A DNA stretch of 64,000 bases, from assembly GCA_964057225.1 (NCBI GenBank), contig OZ059894.1:20212001-20276000 (forward strand). The letters run 5' to 3'. This document shows positions 43,143 to 57,600 of this stretch, piece after piece. Both the position numbers and the translations under genes were made by a program. The first letter of the stretch is position 1, and the number at the start of each line of letters is the position of its first letter. Source of the stretch: Auanema rhodensis. Lineage: Eukaryota > Animalia > Nematoda. The notes beneath the pieces are model-generated. The model saw only the letters and a program-made list of their open reading frames with translations, made no database searches and was not told the DNA's origin.

Positions 43143-46100
43143 GACAAAAATTTTTTCGAAAAATTTCAAAATAATTTAGCAAAAAGTAGATGTTTTTAGA
43201 TTCCTTTTTTCAAGGCAAAGACGATGGACAATGTTATTCAACGATAAAATTAATTCTTCAGGGTGAAAATCGAGGATATAAGTGTGAACTTATATCAGTT
43301 GATATCTCGGTGCATTTTTAAGCTAGCGCAAATCTGATAAAACAGATCGACGCAGCTTAAAAATTCGCATCGAATGCACTATACTACATTGAGAAACGCT
43401 TAATACAAAAATTAGTTATGATCGTTTGAAAAATGATGCATTAGTGTATGTTGAGTTTCCATGTACACTCAACATTGCTTCCAGAAACATTTTGACAAAA
43501 ATTTTTTCGAAAAATTTCAAGATAAATTAGCAAAAAGTAGATGTTTTTAGATTCCTTTTTTCAAGACAAAGACGATGGACAATGTTATTCAACGATAAAA
43601 TCAATTCTTCAGGGTGAAAATCGAGGATATAAGTGTGAACTTATATCAGTTGATATCTCGGTGCATTTTTAAGCTAGCGCAAATCTGATAACACAGATCG
43701 ACGCAGCTTAAAAATCCGCATCGAATGCACTATACTACATTGATAAACAATCAATACAAAAATTAGTTATGATCGTTTGAAAAATGATGCATTAGTGTAT
43801 GTTGAGTTTCCATGTACACTCAACATTGCTTCCAAAAACATTTTGACAAAAATTTTTTCGAAAAATTTCAAAATAATTTAGCAAAAAGTAGATGTTTTTA
43901 GATTCCTTTTTTCAAGGCAAAGACGATGGACAATGTTATTCAACGATAAAATTAATTCTTCAGGGTGAAAATCGAGGATATAAGTGTGAACTTATATCAG
44001 TTGATATCTCGGTGCATTTTTAAGCTAGCGCAAATCTGATAACACAGATCGACGCAGCTTAAAAATCCGCATCGAATGCATTATACTACATTGAGAAACG
44101 CTTAATACAAAAATTAGTTATGATCGTTTGAAAAATGATGCATTAGTGTATGTTGAGTTTCCATGTACACTCAACATTGCTTCCAAAAACATTTTGACAA
44201 AAATTTTTTCGAAAAATTTCATAATAATTTAGCAAAAAGTAGATGTTTTTAGATTCCTTTTTTCAAGACAAAGACGATGGACAATGTTATTCAACGATAA
44301 AATCAATTCTTCAGGGTGAAAATCGAGGATATAAGTGTGAACTTATATCAGTTGATATCTCGGTGTATTTTCAAGCTAGCGCAAATCTGATAACACAGAT
44401 CGACGCAGCTTAAAAATCCGCATCGAATGCACTATACTACATTGAGAAACGCTCAATACAAAAATTAGTTATGATCGTTTGAAAAATGATGCATTAGTGT
44501 ATGTTGAGTTTCCATGTACACTCAACATTGCTTCCAAAAACATTTTGACAAAAATTTTTTCAAAAAATTTCAAAATAAATTAGCAAAAAGTAGATGTTTT
44601 TAGATTCCTTTTTTCAAGGCAAAGACGATGGACAATGTTATACAACGAAAAAATTAATTCTTCAGGGTGAAAATCGAGGATATAAGTGTGAACTTATATC
44701 AGTTGATATCTCGGTGCATTTTCAAGCTAGCGCAAATCTGATAACACAGATCGACGCAGCTTAAAAATCCGCATCGAATGCACTATACTACATTGAGAAA
44801 CGCTTAATACAAAAATTAGTTATGATCGTTTGAAAAATGATGCATTAGTGTATGTTGAGTTTCCATGTACACTCAACATTGCTTCCAAAAACATTTTGAC
44901 AAAAATTTTTTCGAAAAATTTCAGAATAAATTAGCAAAAAGTAGATGTTTTTAGATTCCTTTTTTCAAGGCAAAGACGATGGCCAATGTTATTCAACGAA
45001 AAAATTAATTCTTCAGGGTGAAAATCGAGGATATAAGTGTGAACTTATATCAGTTGATATCTCGGTGCATTTTCAAGCTAGCGCAAATCTGATAACACAG
45101 ATCGACGCAGCTTAAAAATCCGCATCGAATGCACTATACTACATTGAGAAACGCTTAATACAAAAATTAGTTATGATCGTTTGAAAAATGATGCATTAGT
45201 GTATGTTGAGTTTCCATGTACACTCAACATTGCTTCCAAAAACATTTTGACAAAAATTTTTTCGAAAAGTTTCAGAATAATTTAGCAAAAAGTAGATGTT
45301 TTTAGATTCCTTTTTTCAAGGAAAAGACGATGGACAATGTTATTCAACGAAAAAATTAATTCTTCAGGGTGAAAATCGAGGATATAAGTGTGAACTTATA
45401 TCAGTTGATATCTCGGTGCATTTTCAAGCTAGCGCAAATCTGATAACACAGATCGACGCAGCTTAAAAATCCGCATCGAATGCACTATACTACATTGAGA
45501 AACGCTCAATACAAAAATTAGTTATGATCGTTTGAAAAATGATGCATTAGTGTATGTTGAGTTTCCATGTACACTCAACATTGCTTCCAAAAACATTTTG
45601 ACAAAAAGTTTTTCGAAAAATTTCAAAATAATTTAGCAAAAAGTAGATGTTTTTAGATTCCTTTTTTCGAGGCAAAGACGATGGACAATGTTATTCAACG
45701 ATAAAATTAATTCTTCAGGGTGAAAATCGAGGATATAAGTGTGAACTTATATCAGTTGATATCTCGGTGCATTTTTAAGCTAGCGCAAATCTGATAACAC
45801 AGATCGACGCAGCTTAAAAATCCGCATCGAATGCACTATACTACATTGAGAAACGCTCAATACAAAAATTAGTTATGATTGTTTGAAAAATGATGCATTA
45901 GTGTATGTTGAGTTTCCATGTACACTCAACATTGCTTCCAAAAACATTTTGACAAAAATTTTTTCGAAAAATTTCAAAATAATTTAGCAAAAAGTAGATG
46001 TTTTTAGATTCCTTTTTTCAAGGCAAAAACGATGGACAATGTTATTCAACGATAAAATCAATTCTTCAGGGTGAAAATCGAGGATATAAGTGTGAACTTA

Positions 46101-47352
46101 TATCAGTTGATATCTCGGTGTATTTTTAAGCTAGCGCAAATCTGATAACACAGATCGACGCAGCTTAAAAATCCGCATCGAATGCACTATACTACATTGA
46201 GAAACGCTCAATACAAAAATTAGTTATGATCGTTTGAAAAATGATGCATTAAATGTTGAGTTTCCATGTACACTCAACATTGCTTCCAAAAACATTTTGA
46301 CAAAAATTTTTTCGAAAAATTTCAAGATAAATTAGCAAAAAGTAGATGTTTTTAGATTCCTTTTTTCAAGGCAAAGACGATGGACAATGTTATTCAACGA
46401 AAAAATTAATTCTTTAGAGTGAAAATCGAGGATATAAGTGTGAACTTATATCAGTTGATATCTCGGTGCATTTTTAAGCTAGCGCAAATCTGATAACACA
46501 GATCGACGCAGCTTAAAAATTCGCATCGAATGCACTATACTACATTGAGAAACACTTAATACAAAAATTAGTTATGATCGTTTGAAAAATGATGCATTAG
46601 TGTATGTTGAGTTTCCATGTACACTCAACATTGCTTCCAAAAACATTTTGACAAAAATTTTTTTCAAAAAATTTCAAAATAAATTAGCAAAAAGTAGATG
46701 TTTTTAGATTCCTTTTTTCAAGGCAAAGACGATGGACAATGTTATTCAACAAAAAAATTAATTCTTCAGGGTGAAAATCGAGGATATAAGTGTGAACTTA
46801 TATCAGTTGATATCTCGGTGCATTTTCAAGCTAGCGCAAATCTGATAACACAGATCGACGCAGCTTAAAAATCCGCATCGAATGCACTATACTACATTGA
46901 GAAACGCTTAATACAAAAATTAGTTATGATCGTTTGAAAAATGATGCATTAGTGTATGTTGAGTTTCCATGTACACTCAACATTGCTTCCAAAAACATTT
47001 TGACAAAAATTTTTTCGAAAAATTTCAGAATAATTTAGCAAAAAGTAGATGTTTTTAGATTTCTTTTTTCAAGGCAAAGACGATGGACAATGTTATTCAA
47101 CGATAAAATCAATTCTTCAGGGTGAAAATCGAGGATATAAGTGTGAACTTATATCAGTTGATATCTCGGTGTATTTTTAAGCTAGCGCAAATCTGATAAC
47201 ACAGATCGACGCAGCGTAAAAATCCGCATCGAATGCACTATACTACATTGAGAAACGCTTAATACAAAAATTAGTTATGATCGTTTGAAAAATGATGCAT
47301 TAGTGTATGTTGAGTTTCCATGTACACTCAACATTGCTTCCAAAAACATTTT
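43143..47352 (+). repeat. 12-monomer block, copy 2
   Basis: Same marker order as 27362-31571 at an offset of 15,781 bp (GCAGCGTAAA at 47216 versus 31435), with a few private differences. Confidence 0.82.
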
Positions 47353-48054
47353 GACAAAAATATTTTCAAAAAATTTCAAAATAATTTAGCAAAAAGTAGA
47401 TGTTTTTAGATTTTTTTTTTCAAGGCAAAGACGATGGACAATGTTATTCAACGAAAAAATTAATTCTTCAGGGTGAAAATCGAGGATATAAGTGTGAACT
47501 TATATCAGTTGATATCTCGGTGCATTTTCAAGCTAGCGCAAATCTGATAACACAGATCGACGCAGCTTAAAAATCCGCATCGAATGCACTATACTACATT
47601 GAGAAACGCTTAATACAAAAGTTAGTTATGATCGTTTGAAAAATGATGCATTAGTGTATGTTGAGTTTCCATGTACACTCAACATTGCTTCCAAAAACAT
47701 TTTGACAAAAATTTTTTCGAAAAATTTCAGAATAATTTAGCAAAAAGTAGATGTTTTTAGATTCCGTTTTTCAAGGCAAAGACGATGGACAATGTTATTC
47801 AACGAAAAAATTAATTCTTCAGGGTGAAAATCGAGGATATAAGTGTGAACTTATATCAGTTGATATCTCGGTGCATTTTTAAGCTAGCGCAAATCTGATA
47901 ACACAGATCGACGCAGCTTAAAAATCCGCATCGAATGCACTATACTACATTGAGAAACGCTCAATACAAAAATTAGTTATGATCGTTTGAAAAATGATGC
48001 ATTAGTGTATGTTGAGTTTCCATGTACACTCAACATTGCTTCCAAAAACATTTT

Positions 48055-48184
48055 GACAAAAATTTTTTCGAAAAATTTCAAAATAAATTAGCAAAAAGTA
48101 GATGTTTTTAGATTCCTTTTTTCAAGGCAAAGACGAGTTTCTTGAGTTTCCATGTACACTCAACATTGCTTCCAAAAACATTTT
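48055..48184 (+). repeat. Truncated 130-bp monomer: 226-bp deletion plus 5-bp insertion (GTTTC)
   Basis: The junction reads GGCAAAGACGA-GTTTC-TTGAGTTTCCATG. Monomer positions 83-308 are missing. Unit starts are 48055 and 48185. Confidence 0.95.
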
Positions 48185-50287
48185 GACAAAATTTTTTTCA
48201 AAAAATTTCAAAATAAATTAGCAAAAAGTAGATGTTTTTAGATTTCTTTTTTCAAGGCAAAGACGATGGACAATGTTATTCAACAAAAAAATTAATTCTT
48301 CAGGGTGAAAATCGAGGATATAAGTGTGAACTTATATCAGTTGATATCTCGGTGCATTTTCAAGCTAGCGCAAATCTGATAACACAGATCGACGCAGCTT
48401 AAAAATCCGCATCGAATGCACTATACTACATTGAGAAACGCTCAATACAAAAATTAGTTATGATCGTTCGAAAAATGATGCATTAGTGTATGTTGAGTTT
48501 CCATGTACACTCAACATTGCTTCCAAAAACATTTTGACAAAAATTTTTTCGAAAAATTTCAAAATAAATTAGCAAAAAGTAGATGTTTTTAGATTCCTCT
48601 TTTCAAGGCAAAGACGATGGACAAAGTTATTCAACGAAAAAATTAATTCTTCAGGGTGAAAATCGAGGATATAAGTGTGAACTTATATCAGTTGATATCT
48701 CGGTGCATTTTTAAGCTAGCGCAAATCTGATAACACAGATCGACGCAGCTTAAAAATCCGCATCGAATGCACTATACTACATTAAGAAACGCTCAATACA
48801 AAAATTAGTTATGATCGTTCGAAAAATGATGCATTAGTGTATGTTGAGTTTCCATGTACACTCAACATTGCTTCCAAAAACATTTTGACAAAAATTTTTT
48901 CAAAAAATTTCAAAATAAATTAGCAAAAAGTAGATGTTTTTAGATTTCTTTTTTCAAGGCAAAGACGATGGACAATGTTATTCAACAAAAAAATTAATTC
49001 TTCAGGGTGAAAATCGAGGATATAAGTGTGAACTTATATCAGTTGATATCTCGGTGCATTTTTAAGCTAGCGCAAATCTGATAACACAGATCGACGCAGC
49101 TTAAAAATCCGCATCGAATGCACTATACTACATTGAGAAACGCTCAATACAAAAATTAGTTATGATCGTTCGAAAAATGATGCATTAGTGTATGTTGAGT
49201 TTCCATGTACACTCAACATTGCTTCCAAAAACATTTTGACAAAACTTTTTTCAAAAAATTTCAAAATAAATTAGCTAAAAGTAGATGTTTTTAGATTCCT
49301 TTTTTCGAGGCAAAGAGGATGGACAATGTTATTCAACGAAAAAATTAATTCTTCAGGGTGAAAATCGAGGATATAAGGGTGAACTTATATCAGTTGATAT
49401 CTCGGTGCATTTTTAAGCTAGCGCAAATCTGATAACACAGATCGACGCAGCTTAAAAATCCGCATCGAATGCACTATACTACATTGAGAAACGCTTAATA
49501 CAAAAATTAGTTATGATCGTTTGAAAAATGATGCATTAGTGTATGTTGAGTTTCCATGTACACTCAACATTGCTTCCAAAAACATTTTGACAAAAATTTT
49601 TTCGAAAAATTTCAAAATAATTTAGCAAAAAGTAGATGTTTTTAGATTCCTTTTTTCAAGGCAAAGACGATGGACAATGTTATTCAACGAAAAAATTAAT
49701 TCTTCAGGGTGAAAATCGAGGATATAAGTGTGAACTTATATCAGTTGATATCTCGGTGCATTTTTAAGCTAGCGCAAATCTGATAACACAGATCGACGCA
49801 GCTTAAAAATCCGCATCGAATGCACTATACTACATTGAGAAACGCTCAATACAAAAATTAGTTATGATCGTTTGAAAAATGATGCATTAGTGTATGTTGA
49901 GTTTCCATGTACACTCAACATTGCTTCCAAAAACATTTTGACAAAACTTTTTTCAAAAATTTTCAAAATAAATTAGCAAAAAGTAGATGTTTTTAGATTC
50001 CTTTTTTCAAGGCAAAGACGATGGACAATGTTATTCAACAAAAAAATTAATTCTTCAGGGTGAAAATCGAGGATATAAGTGTGAACTTATATCAGTTGAT
50101 ATCTCGGTGCATTTTTAAGCTAGCGCAAATCTGATAACACAGATCGACGCAGCTTAAAAATCCGCATCGAATGCACTATACTACATTGAAAAACGCTTAA
50201 TACAAAAATTAGTTATGATCGTTTGAAAAATGATGCATTAAATGTTGAGTTTCCATGTACACTCAACATTGCTTCCAAAAACATTTT

Positions 50288-51685
50288 GACAAAAAGTTTT
50301 TCGAAAAATTTCAAAATAATTTAGCAAAAAGTAGATGTTTTTAGATTCCTTTTTTCAAGGCAAAGACGATGGACAATGTTATTCAACGATAAAATTAATT
50401 CTTCAGGGTGAAAATCGAGGATATAAGTGTGAACTTATATCAGTTGATATCTCGGTGCATTTTTAAGCTAGCGCAAATCTGATAACACAGATCGACGCAG
50501 CTTACAAATCCGCATCGAATGCACTATACTACATTGAGAAACGCTCAATACAAAAATTAGTTATGATCGTTCGAAAAATGATGCATTAGTGTATGTTGAG
50601 TTTCCATGTACACTCAACATTGCTTCCAAAAACATTTTGACAAAAATTTTTTCAAAAAATTTCAAAATAGATTAGCAAAAAGTAGATGTTTTTAGATTTC
50701 TTTTTTCAAGGCAAAGACGATGGACAATGTTATTCAACAAAAAAATTAATTCTTCAGGGTGAAAATCGAGGATATAAGTATGAACTTATATCAGTTGATA
50801 TCTCGGTGCATTTTTAAGCTAGCGCAAATCTGATAACACAGATCGACGCAGCTTACAAATCCGCATCGAATGCACTATACTACATTGAGAAACGCTTAAT
50901 ACAAAAATTAGTTATGATCGTTTGAAAAATGATGCATTAAATGTTGAGTTTCCATGTACACTCAACATTGCTTCCAAAAACATTTTGACAAAAAGTTTTT
51001 CGAAAAATTTCAAAATAATTTAGCAAAAAGTAGATGTTTTTAGATTCCTTTTTTCAAGGCAAAGACGATGGACAATGTTATTCAACGATAAAATTAATTC
51101 TTCAGGGTGAAAATCGAGGATATAAGTGTGAACTTATATCAGTTGATATCTCGGTGCATTTTTAAGCTAGCGCAAATCTGATAACACAGATCGACGCAGC
51201 TTACAAATCCGCATCGAATGCACTATACTACATTGAGAAACGCTCAATACAAAAATTAGTTATGATCGTTCGAAAAATGATGCATTAGTGTATGTTGAGT
51301 TTCCATGTACACTCAACATTGCTTCCAAAAACATTTTGACAAAAATTTTTTCAAAAAATTTCAAAATAGATTAGCAAAAAGTAGATGTTTTTAGATTTCT
51401 TTTTTCAAGGCAAAGACGATGGACAATGTTATTCAACAAAAAAATTAATTCTTCAGGGTGAAAATCGAGGATATAAGTATGAACTTATATCAGTTGATAT
51501 CTCGGTGCATTTTTAAGCTAGCGCAAATCTGATAACACAGATCGACGCAGCTTACAAATCCGCATCGAATGCACTATACTACATTGAGAAACGCTTAATA
51601 CAAAAATTAGTTATGATCGTTTGAAAAATGATGCATTAAATGTTGAGTTTCCATGTACACTCAACATTGCTTCCAAAAACATTTT
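50288..51685 (+). repeat. Tandem dimer HOR (2 x 699 bp; 351 + 348)
   Basis: The markers AAAAGTTTT, CTTACAAAT, GTTCGAAAAATGA, AATAGATTAG, AAGTATGAA and the 3-bp deletion repeat at 699-bp spacing (starts 50288, 50987, 51686). Confidence 0.85.
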
Positions 51686-54600
51686 GACAAAAAGTTTTTC
51701 GAAAAATTTCAAAATAATTTAGCAAAAAGTAGATGTTTTTAGATTCCTTTTTTCAAGGCAAAGACGATGGACAATGTTATTCAACAAAAAAATTAATTCT
51801 TCAGGGTGAAAATCGAGGATATAAGTATGAACTTATATCAGTTGATATCTCGGTGCATTTTTAAGCTAGCGCAAATCTGATAACACAGATCGACGCAACT
51901 TACAAATCCGCATCGAATGCACTATACTACATTGAGAAACGCTTAATACAAAAATTAGTTATGATCGTTTGAAAAATGATGCATTAGTGTATGTTGAGTT
52001 TCCATGTACACTCAACATTGCTTCCAAAAACATTTTGACCAAAATTTTTTCGAAAAATTTCAAAATAAATTAGCAAAAAGTAGATGTTTTTAGATTCCTT
52101 TTTTCAAGGCAAAGACGATGGACAATGTTATTCAACGAAAAAATTAATTCTTCAGGGTGAAAATCGAGGATATAAGTGTGAACTTATATCAGTTGATATC
52201 TCGGTGCATTTTTAAGCTAGCGCAAATCTGATAACACAGATCGACGCAGCTTACAAATCCGCATCGAATGCACTATACTACATTGAGAAACGCTCAATAC
52301 AAAAATTAGTTATGATCGTTCGAAAAATGATGCATTAGTGTATGTTGAGTTTCCATGTACACTCAACATTGCTTCCAAAAACATTTTGACAAAAATTTTT
52401 TCAAAAAATTTCAAAATAAATTAGCAAAAAGTAGATGTTTTTAGATTTCTTTTTTCAAGGCAAAGACGATGGACAATGTTATTCAACAAAAAAATTAATT
52501 CTTCAGGGTGAAAATCGAGGATATAAGTATGAACTTATATCAGTTGATATCTCGGTGCATTTTTAAGCTAGCGCAAATCTGATAACACAGATCGACGCAG
52601 CTTACAAATCCGCATCGAATGCACTATACTACATTGAGAAACGCTTAATACAAAAATTAGTTATGATCGTTTGAAAAATGATGCATTAGTGTATGTTGAG
52701 TTTCCATGTACACTCAACATTGCTTCCAAAAACATTTTGACAAAAATTTTTTCGAAAAATTTCAAAATAAATTAGCAAAAAGTAGATGTTTTTAGATTCC
52801 TTTTTTCAAGGCAAAGACGATGGACAATGTTATTCAACGAAAAAATTAATTCTTCAGGGTGAAAATCGAGGATATAAGTGTGAACTTATATCAGTTGATA
52901 TCTCGGTGCATTTTTAAGCTAGCGCAAATCTGATAACACAGATCGACGCAGCTTAAAAATCCGCATCGAATGCACTATACTACATTGAGAAACGCTTAAT
53001 ACAAAAATTAGTTATGATCGTTTGAAAAATGATGCATTAGTGTATGTTGAGTTTCCATGTACACTCAACATTGCTTCCAAAAACATTTTGACAAAAATTT
53101 TTTCAAAAAATTTCAAAATAAATTAGCAAAAAGTAGATGTTTTTAGATTCCTTTTTTCAAGGCAAAGACGATGGACAATGTTATTCAACAAAAAAATTAA
53201 TTCTTCAGGGTGAAAATCGAGGATATAAGTGTGAACTTATATCAGTTGATATCTCGGTGCATTTTTAAGCTAGCGCAAATCTGATAACACAGATCGACGC
53301 AGCTTAAAAATCCGCATCGAATGCACTATACTACATTGAGAAACGCTTAATACAAAAATTAGTTATGATCGTTTGAAAAATGATGCATTAAATGTTGAGT
53401 TTCCATGTACACTCAACATTGCTTCTAAAAACATTTTGACAAAAATTTTTTCGAAAAATTTCGGAATAAATTAGCAAAAAGTAGATGTTTTTAGATTCCT
53501 TTTTTCAAGGCAAAGACGATGGACAATGTTATTCAACAAAAAAATTAATTCTTCAGGGTGAAAATCGAGGATATAAGTGTGAACTTATATCAGTTGATAT
53601 CTCGGTGCATTTTTAAGCTAGCGCAAATCTGATAACACAGATCGACGCAGCTTAAAAATCCGCATCGAATGCACTATACTACATTGAGAAACGCTTAATA
53701 CAAAAATTAGTTATGATCGTTTGAAAAATGATGCATTAGTGTATGTTGAGTTTCCATGTACACTCAACATTGCTTCCAAAAACATTTTGACAAAAATTTT
53801 TTCAAAAAATTTCAAAATAAATTAGCAAAAAGTAGATGTTTTTAGATTCCTTTTTTCAAGGCAAAGACGATGGACAATGTTATTCAACAAAAAAATTAAT
53901 TCTTCAGGGTGAAAATCGAGGATATAAGTGTGAACTTATATCAGTTGATATCTCGGTGCATTTTTAAGCTAGCGCAAATCTGATAACACAGATCGACGCA
54001 GCTTAAAAATCCGCATCGAATGCACTATACTACATTGAAAAACGCTTAATACAAAAATTAGTTATGATCGTTTGAAAAATGATGCATTAAATGTTGAGTT
54101 TCCATGTACACTCAACATTGCTTCCAAAAACATTTTGACAAAAAGTTTTTCGAAAAATTTCAAAATAATTTAGCAAAAAGTAGATGTTTTTAGATTCCTT
54201 TTTTCAAGGCAAAGACGATGGACAATGTTATTCAACAAAAAAATTAATTCTTCAGGGTGAAAATCGAGGATATAAGTGTGAACTTATATCAGTTGATATC
54301 TCGGTGCATTTTTAAGCTAGCGCAAATCTGATAACACAGATCGACGCAGCTTAAAAATCCGCATCGAATGCACTATACTACATTGAAAAACGCTTAATAC
54401 AAAAATTAGTTATGATCGTTTGAAAAATGATGCATTAAATGTTGAGTTTCCATGTACACTCAACATTGCTTCCAAAAACATTTTGACAAAAAGTTTTTCG
54501 AAAAATTTCAAAATAATTTAGCAAAAAGTAGATGTTTTTAGATTCCTTTTTTCAAGGCAAAGACGATGGACAATGTTATTCAACGATAAAATTAATTCTT

Positions 54601-57600
54601 CAGGGTGAAAATCGAGGATATAAGTGTGAACTTATATCAGTTGATATCTCGGTGCATTTTTAAGCTAGCGCAAATCTGATAACACAGATCGACGCAGCTT
54701 AAAAATCCGCATCGAATGCACTATACTACATTGAGAAACGCTCAATACAAAAATTAGTTATGATCGTTTGAAAAATGATGCATTAGTGTATGTTGAGTTT
54801 CCATGTACACTCAACATTGCTTCCAAAAACATTTTGACAAAAATTTTTTTCAAAAAATTTCAAAATAAATTAGCAAAAAGTAGATGTTTTTAGATTCCTT
54901 TTTTCAAGGCAAAGACGATGGACAATGTTATTCAACGATAAAATTAATTCTTCAGGGTGAAAATCGAGGATATAAGTGTGAACTTATATCAGTTGATATC
55001 TCGGTGCATTTTTAAGCTAGCGCAAATCTGATAACACAGATCGACGCAGCTTAAAAATCCGCATCGAATGCACTATACTACATTGAGAAACGCTCAATAC
55101 AAAAATTAGTTATGATCGTTTGAAAAATGATGCATTAGTGTATGTTGAGTTTCCATGTACACTCAACATTGCTTCCAAAAACATTTTGACAAAAATTTTT
55201 TTCAAAAAATTTCAAAATAAATTAGCAAAAAGTAGATGTTTTTAGATTCCTTTTTTCAAGGCAAAGACGATGGACAATGTTATTCAACGATAAAATTAAT
55301 TCTTCAGGGTGAAAATCGAGGATATAAGTGTGAACTTATATCAGTTGATATCTCGGTGCATTTTTAAGCTAGCGCAAATCTGATAACACAGATCGACGCA
55401 GCTTAAAAATCCGCATCGAATGCAATATACTACATTGAGAAACGCTCAATACAAAAATTAGTTATGATCGTTTGAAAAATGATGCATTAGTGTATGTTGA
55501 GTTTCCATGTACACTCAACATTGCTTCCAAAAACATTTTGACAAAAATTTTTTTCAAAAAATTTCAAAATAAATTAGCAAAAAGTAGATGTTTTTAGATT
55601 CCTTTTTTCAAGGCAAAGACGATGGACAATGTTATTCAACAAAAAAATTAATTCTTCAGGGTGAAAATCGAGGATATAAGTGTGAACTTATATCAGTTGA
55701 TATCTCGGTGCATTTTTAAGCTAGCGCAAATCTGATAACACAGATCGACGCAGCTTAAAAATCCGCATCGAATGCACTATACTACATTGAGAAACGCTTA
55801 ATACAAAAATTAGTTATGATCGTTTGAAAAATGATGCATTAGTGTATGTTGAGTTGCCATGTACACTCAACATTGCTTCCAAAAACATTTTGACAAAAAT
55901 TTTTTCGAAAAATTTCAAAATAAATTAGCAAAAAGTAGATGTTTTTAGATTCCTTTTTTCAAGGCAAAGACGATGGACAATGTTATTCAACAAAAAAATT
56001 AATTCTTCAGGGTGAAAATCGAGGATATAAGTGTGAACTTATATCAGTTGATATCTCGGTGCATTTTTAAGCTAGCGCAAATCTGATAACACAGATCGAC
56101 GCAGTTTAAAAATCCGCATCGAATGCAGTATACTACATTGAGAAACGCTTAATACAAAAATTAGTTATGATCGTTTGAAAAATGATGCATTAGTGTATGT
56201 TGAGTTTCCATGTACACTCAACATTGCTTCCAAAAACATTTTGACAAAAATTTTTTCAAAAAATTTCAAAATAAATTAGCAAAAAGTAGATGTTTTTAGA
56301 TTTCTTTTTTCAAGGCAAAGACGATGGACAATGTTATTCAACAAAAAAATTAATTCTTCAGGGTGAAAATCGAGGATATAAGTGTGAACTTATATCAGTT
56401 GATATCTCGGTGCATTTTTAAGCTAGCGCAAATCTGATAACACAGATCGACGCAGCTTAAAAATCCGCATCGAATGCACTATACTACATTGAGAAACGCT
56501 TAATACAAAAATTAGTTATGATCGTTTGAAAAATGATGCATTAGTGTATGTTGAGTTTCCATGTACACTCAACATTGCTTCCAAAAACATTTTGACAAAA
56601 ATATTTTCGAAAAATTTCAAAATAATTTAGCAAAAAGTAGATGTTTTTAGATTTTTTTTTCAAGGCAAAGACGATGGACAATGTTATTCAACGAAAAAAT
56701 TAATTCTTCAGGGTGAAAATCGAGGATATAAGTGTGAACTTATATCAGTTGATATCTCGGTGCATTTTCAAGCTAGCGCAAATCTCATAACACAGATCGA
56801 CGCAGCTTAAAAATCCGCATCGAATGCACTATACTACATTGAGAAACGCTTAATACAAAAGTTAGTTATGATCGTTTGAAAAATGATGCATTAGTGTATG
56901 TTGAGTTTCCATGTACACTCAACATTGCTTCCAAAAACATTTTGACAAAAATTTTTTCGAAAAATTTCAGAATAATTTAGCAAAAAGTAGATGTTTTCAG
57001 ATTCTTTTTTTCAAGGCGAAGACGATGGACAATGTTATTCAACGAAAAAATTAATTCTTCAGGGTGAAAATCGAGGATATAAGTGTGAACTTATATCAGT
57101 TGATATCTCGGTGCATTTTTAAGCTAGCGCAAATTTGATAACACAGATCGACGCAGCTTAAAAATCCGCATCGAATGCACTATACTACATTGAGAAACGC
57201 TTAATACAAAAATTAGTTATGATCGTTTGAAAAATGATGCATTAGTGTATGTTGAGTTTCCATGTACACTCAACATTGCTTCCAAAAACATTTTGACAAA
57301 AATTTTTTCGAAAAATTTCAAAATAAATTAGCAAAAAGTAGATGTTTTTAGATTCCTTTGTTCAAGGCAAAGACGATGGACAATGTTATTCAACAAAAAA
57401 ATTAATTCTTCAGGGTGAAAATCGAGGATATAAGTGTGAACTTATATCAGTTGATATCTCGGTGCATTTTTAAGCTAGCGCAAATCTGATAACACAGATC
57501 GACGCAGTTTAAAAATCCGCATCGAATGCAGTATACTACATTGAGAAACGCTTAATACAAAAATTAGTTATGATCGTTTGAAAAATGATGCATTAGTGTA

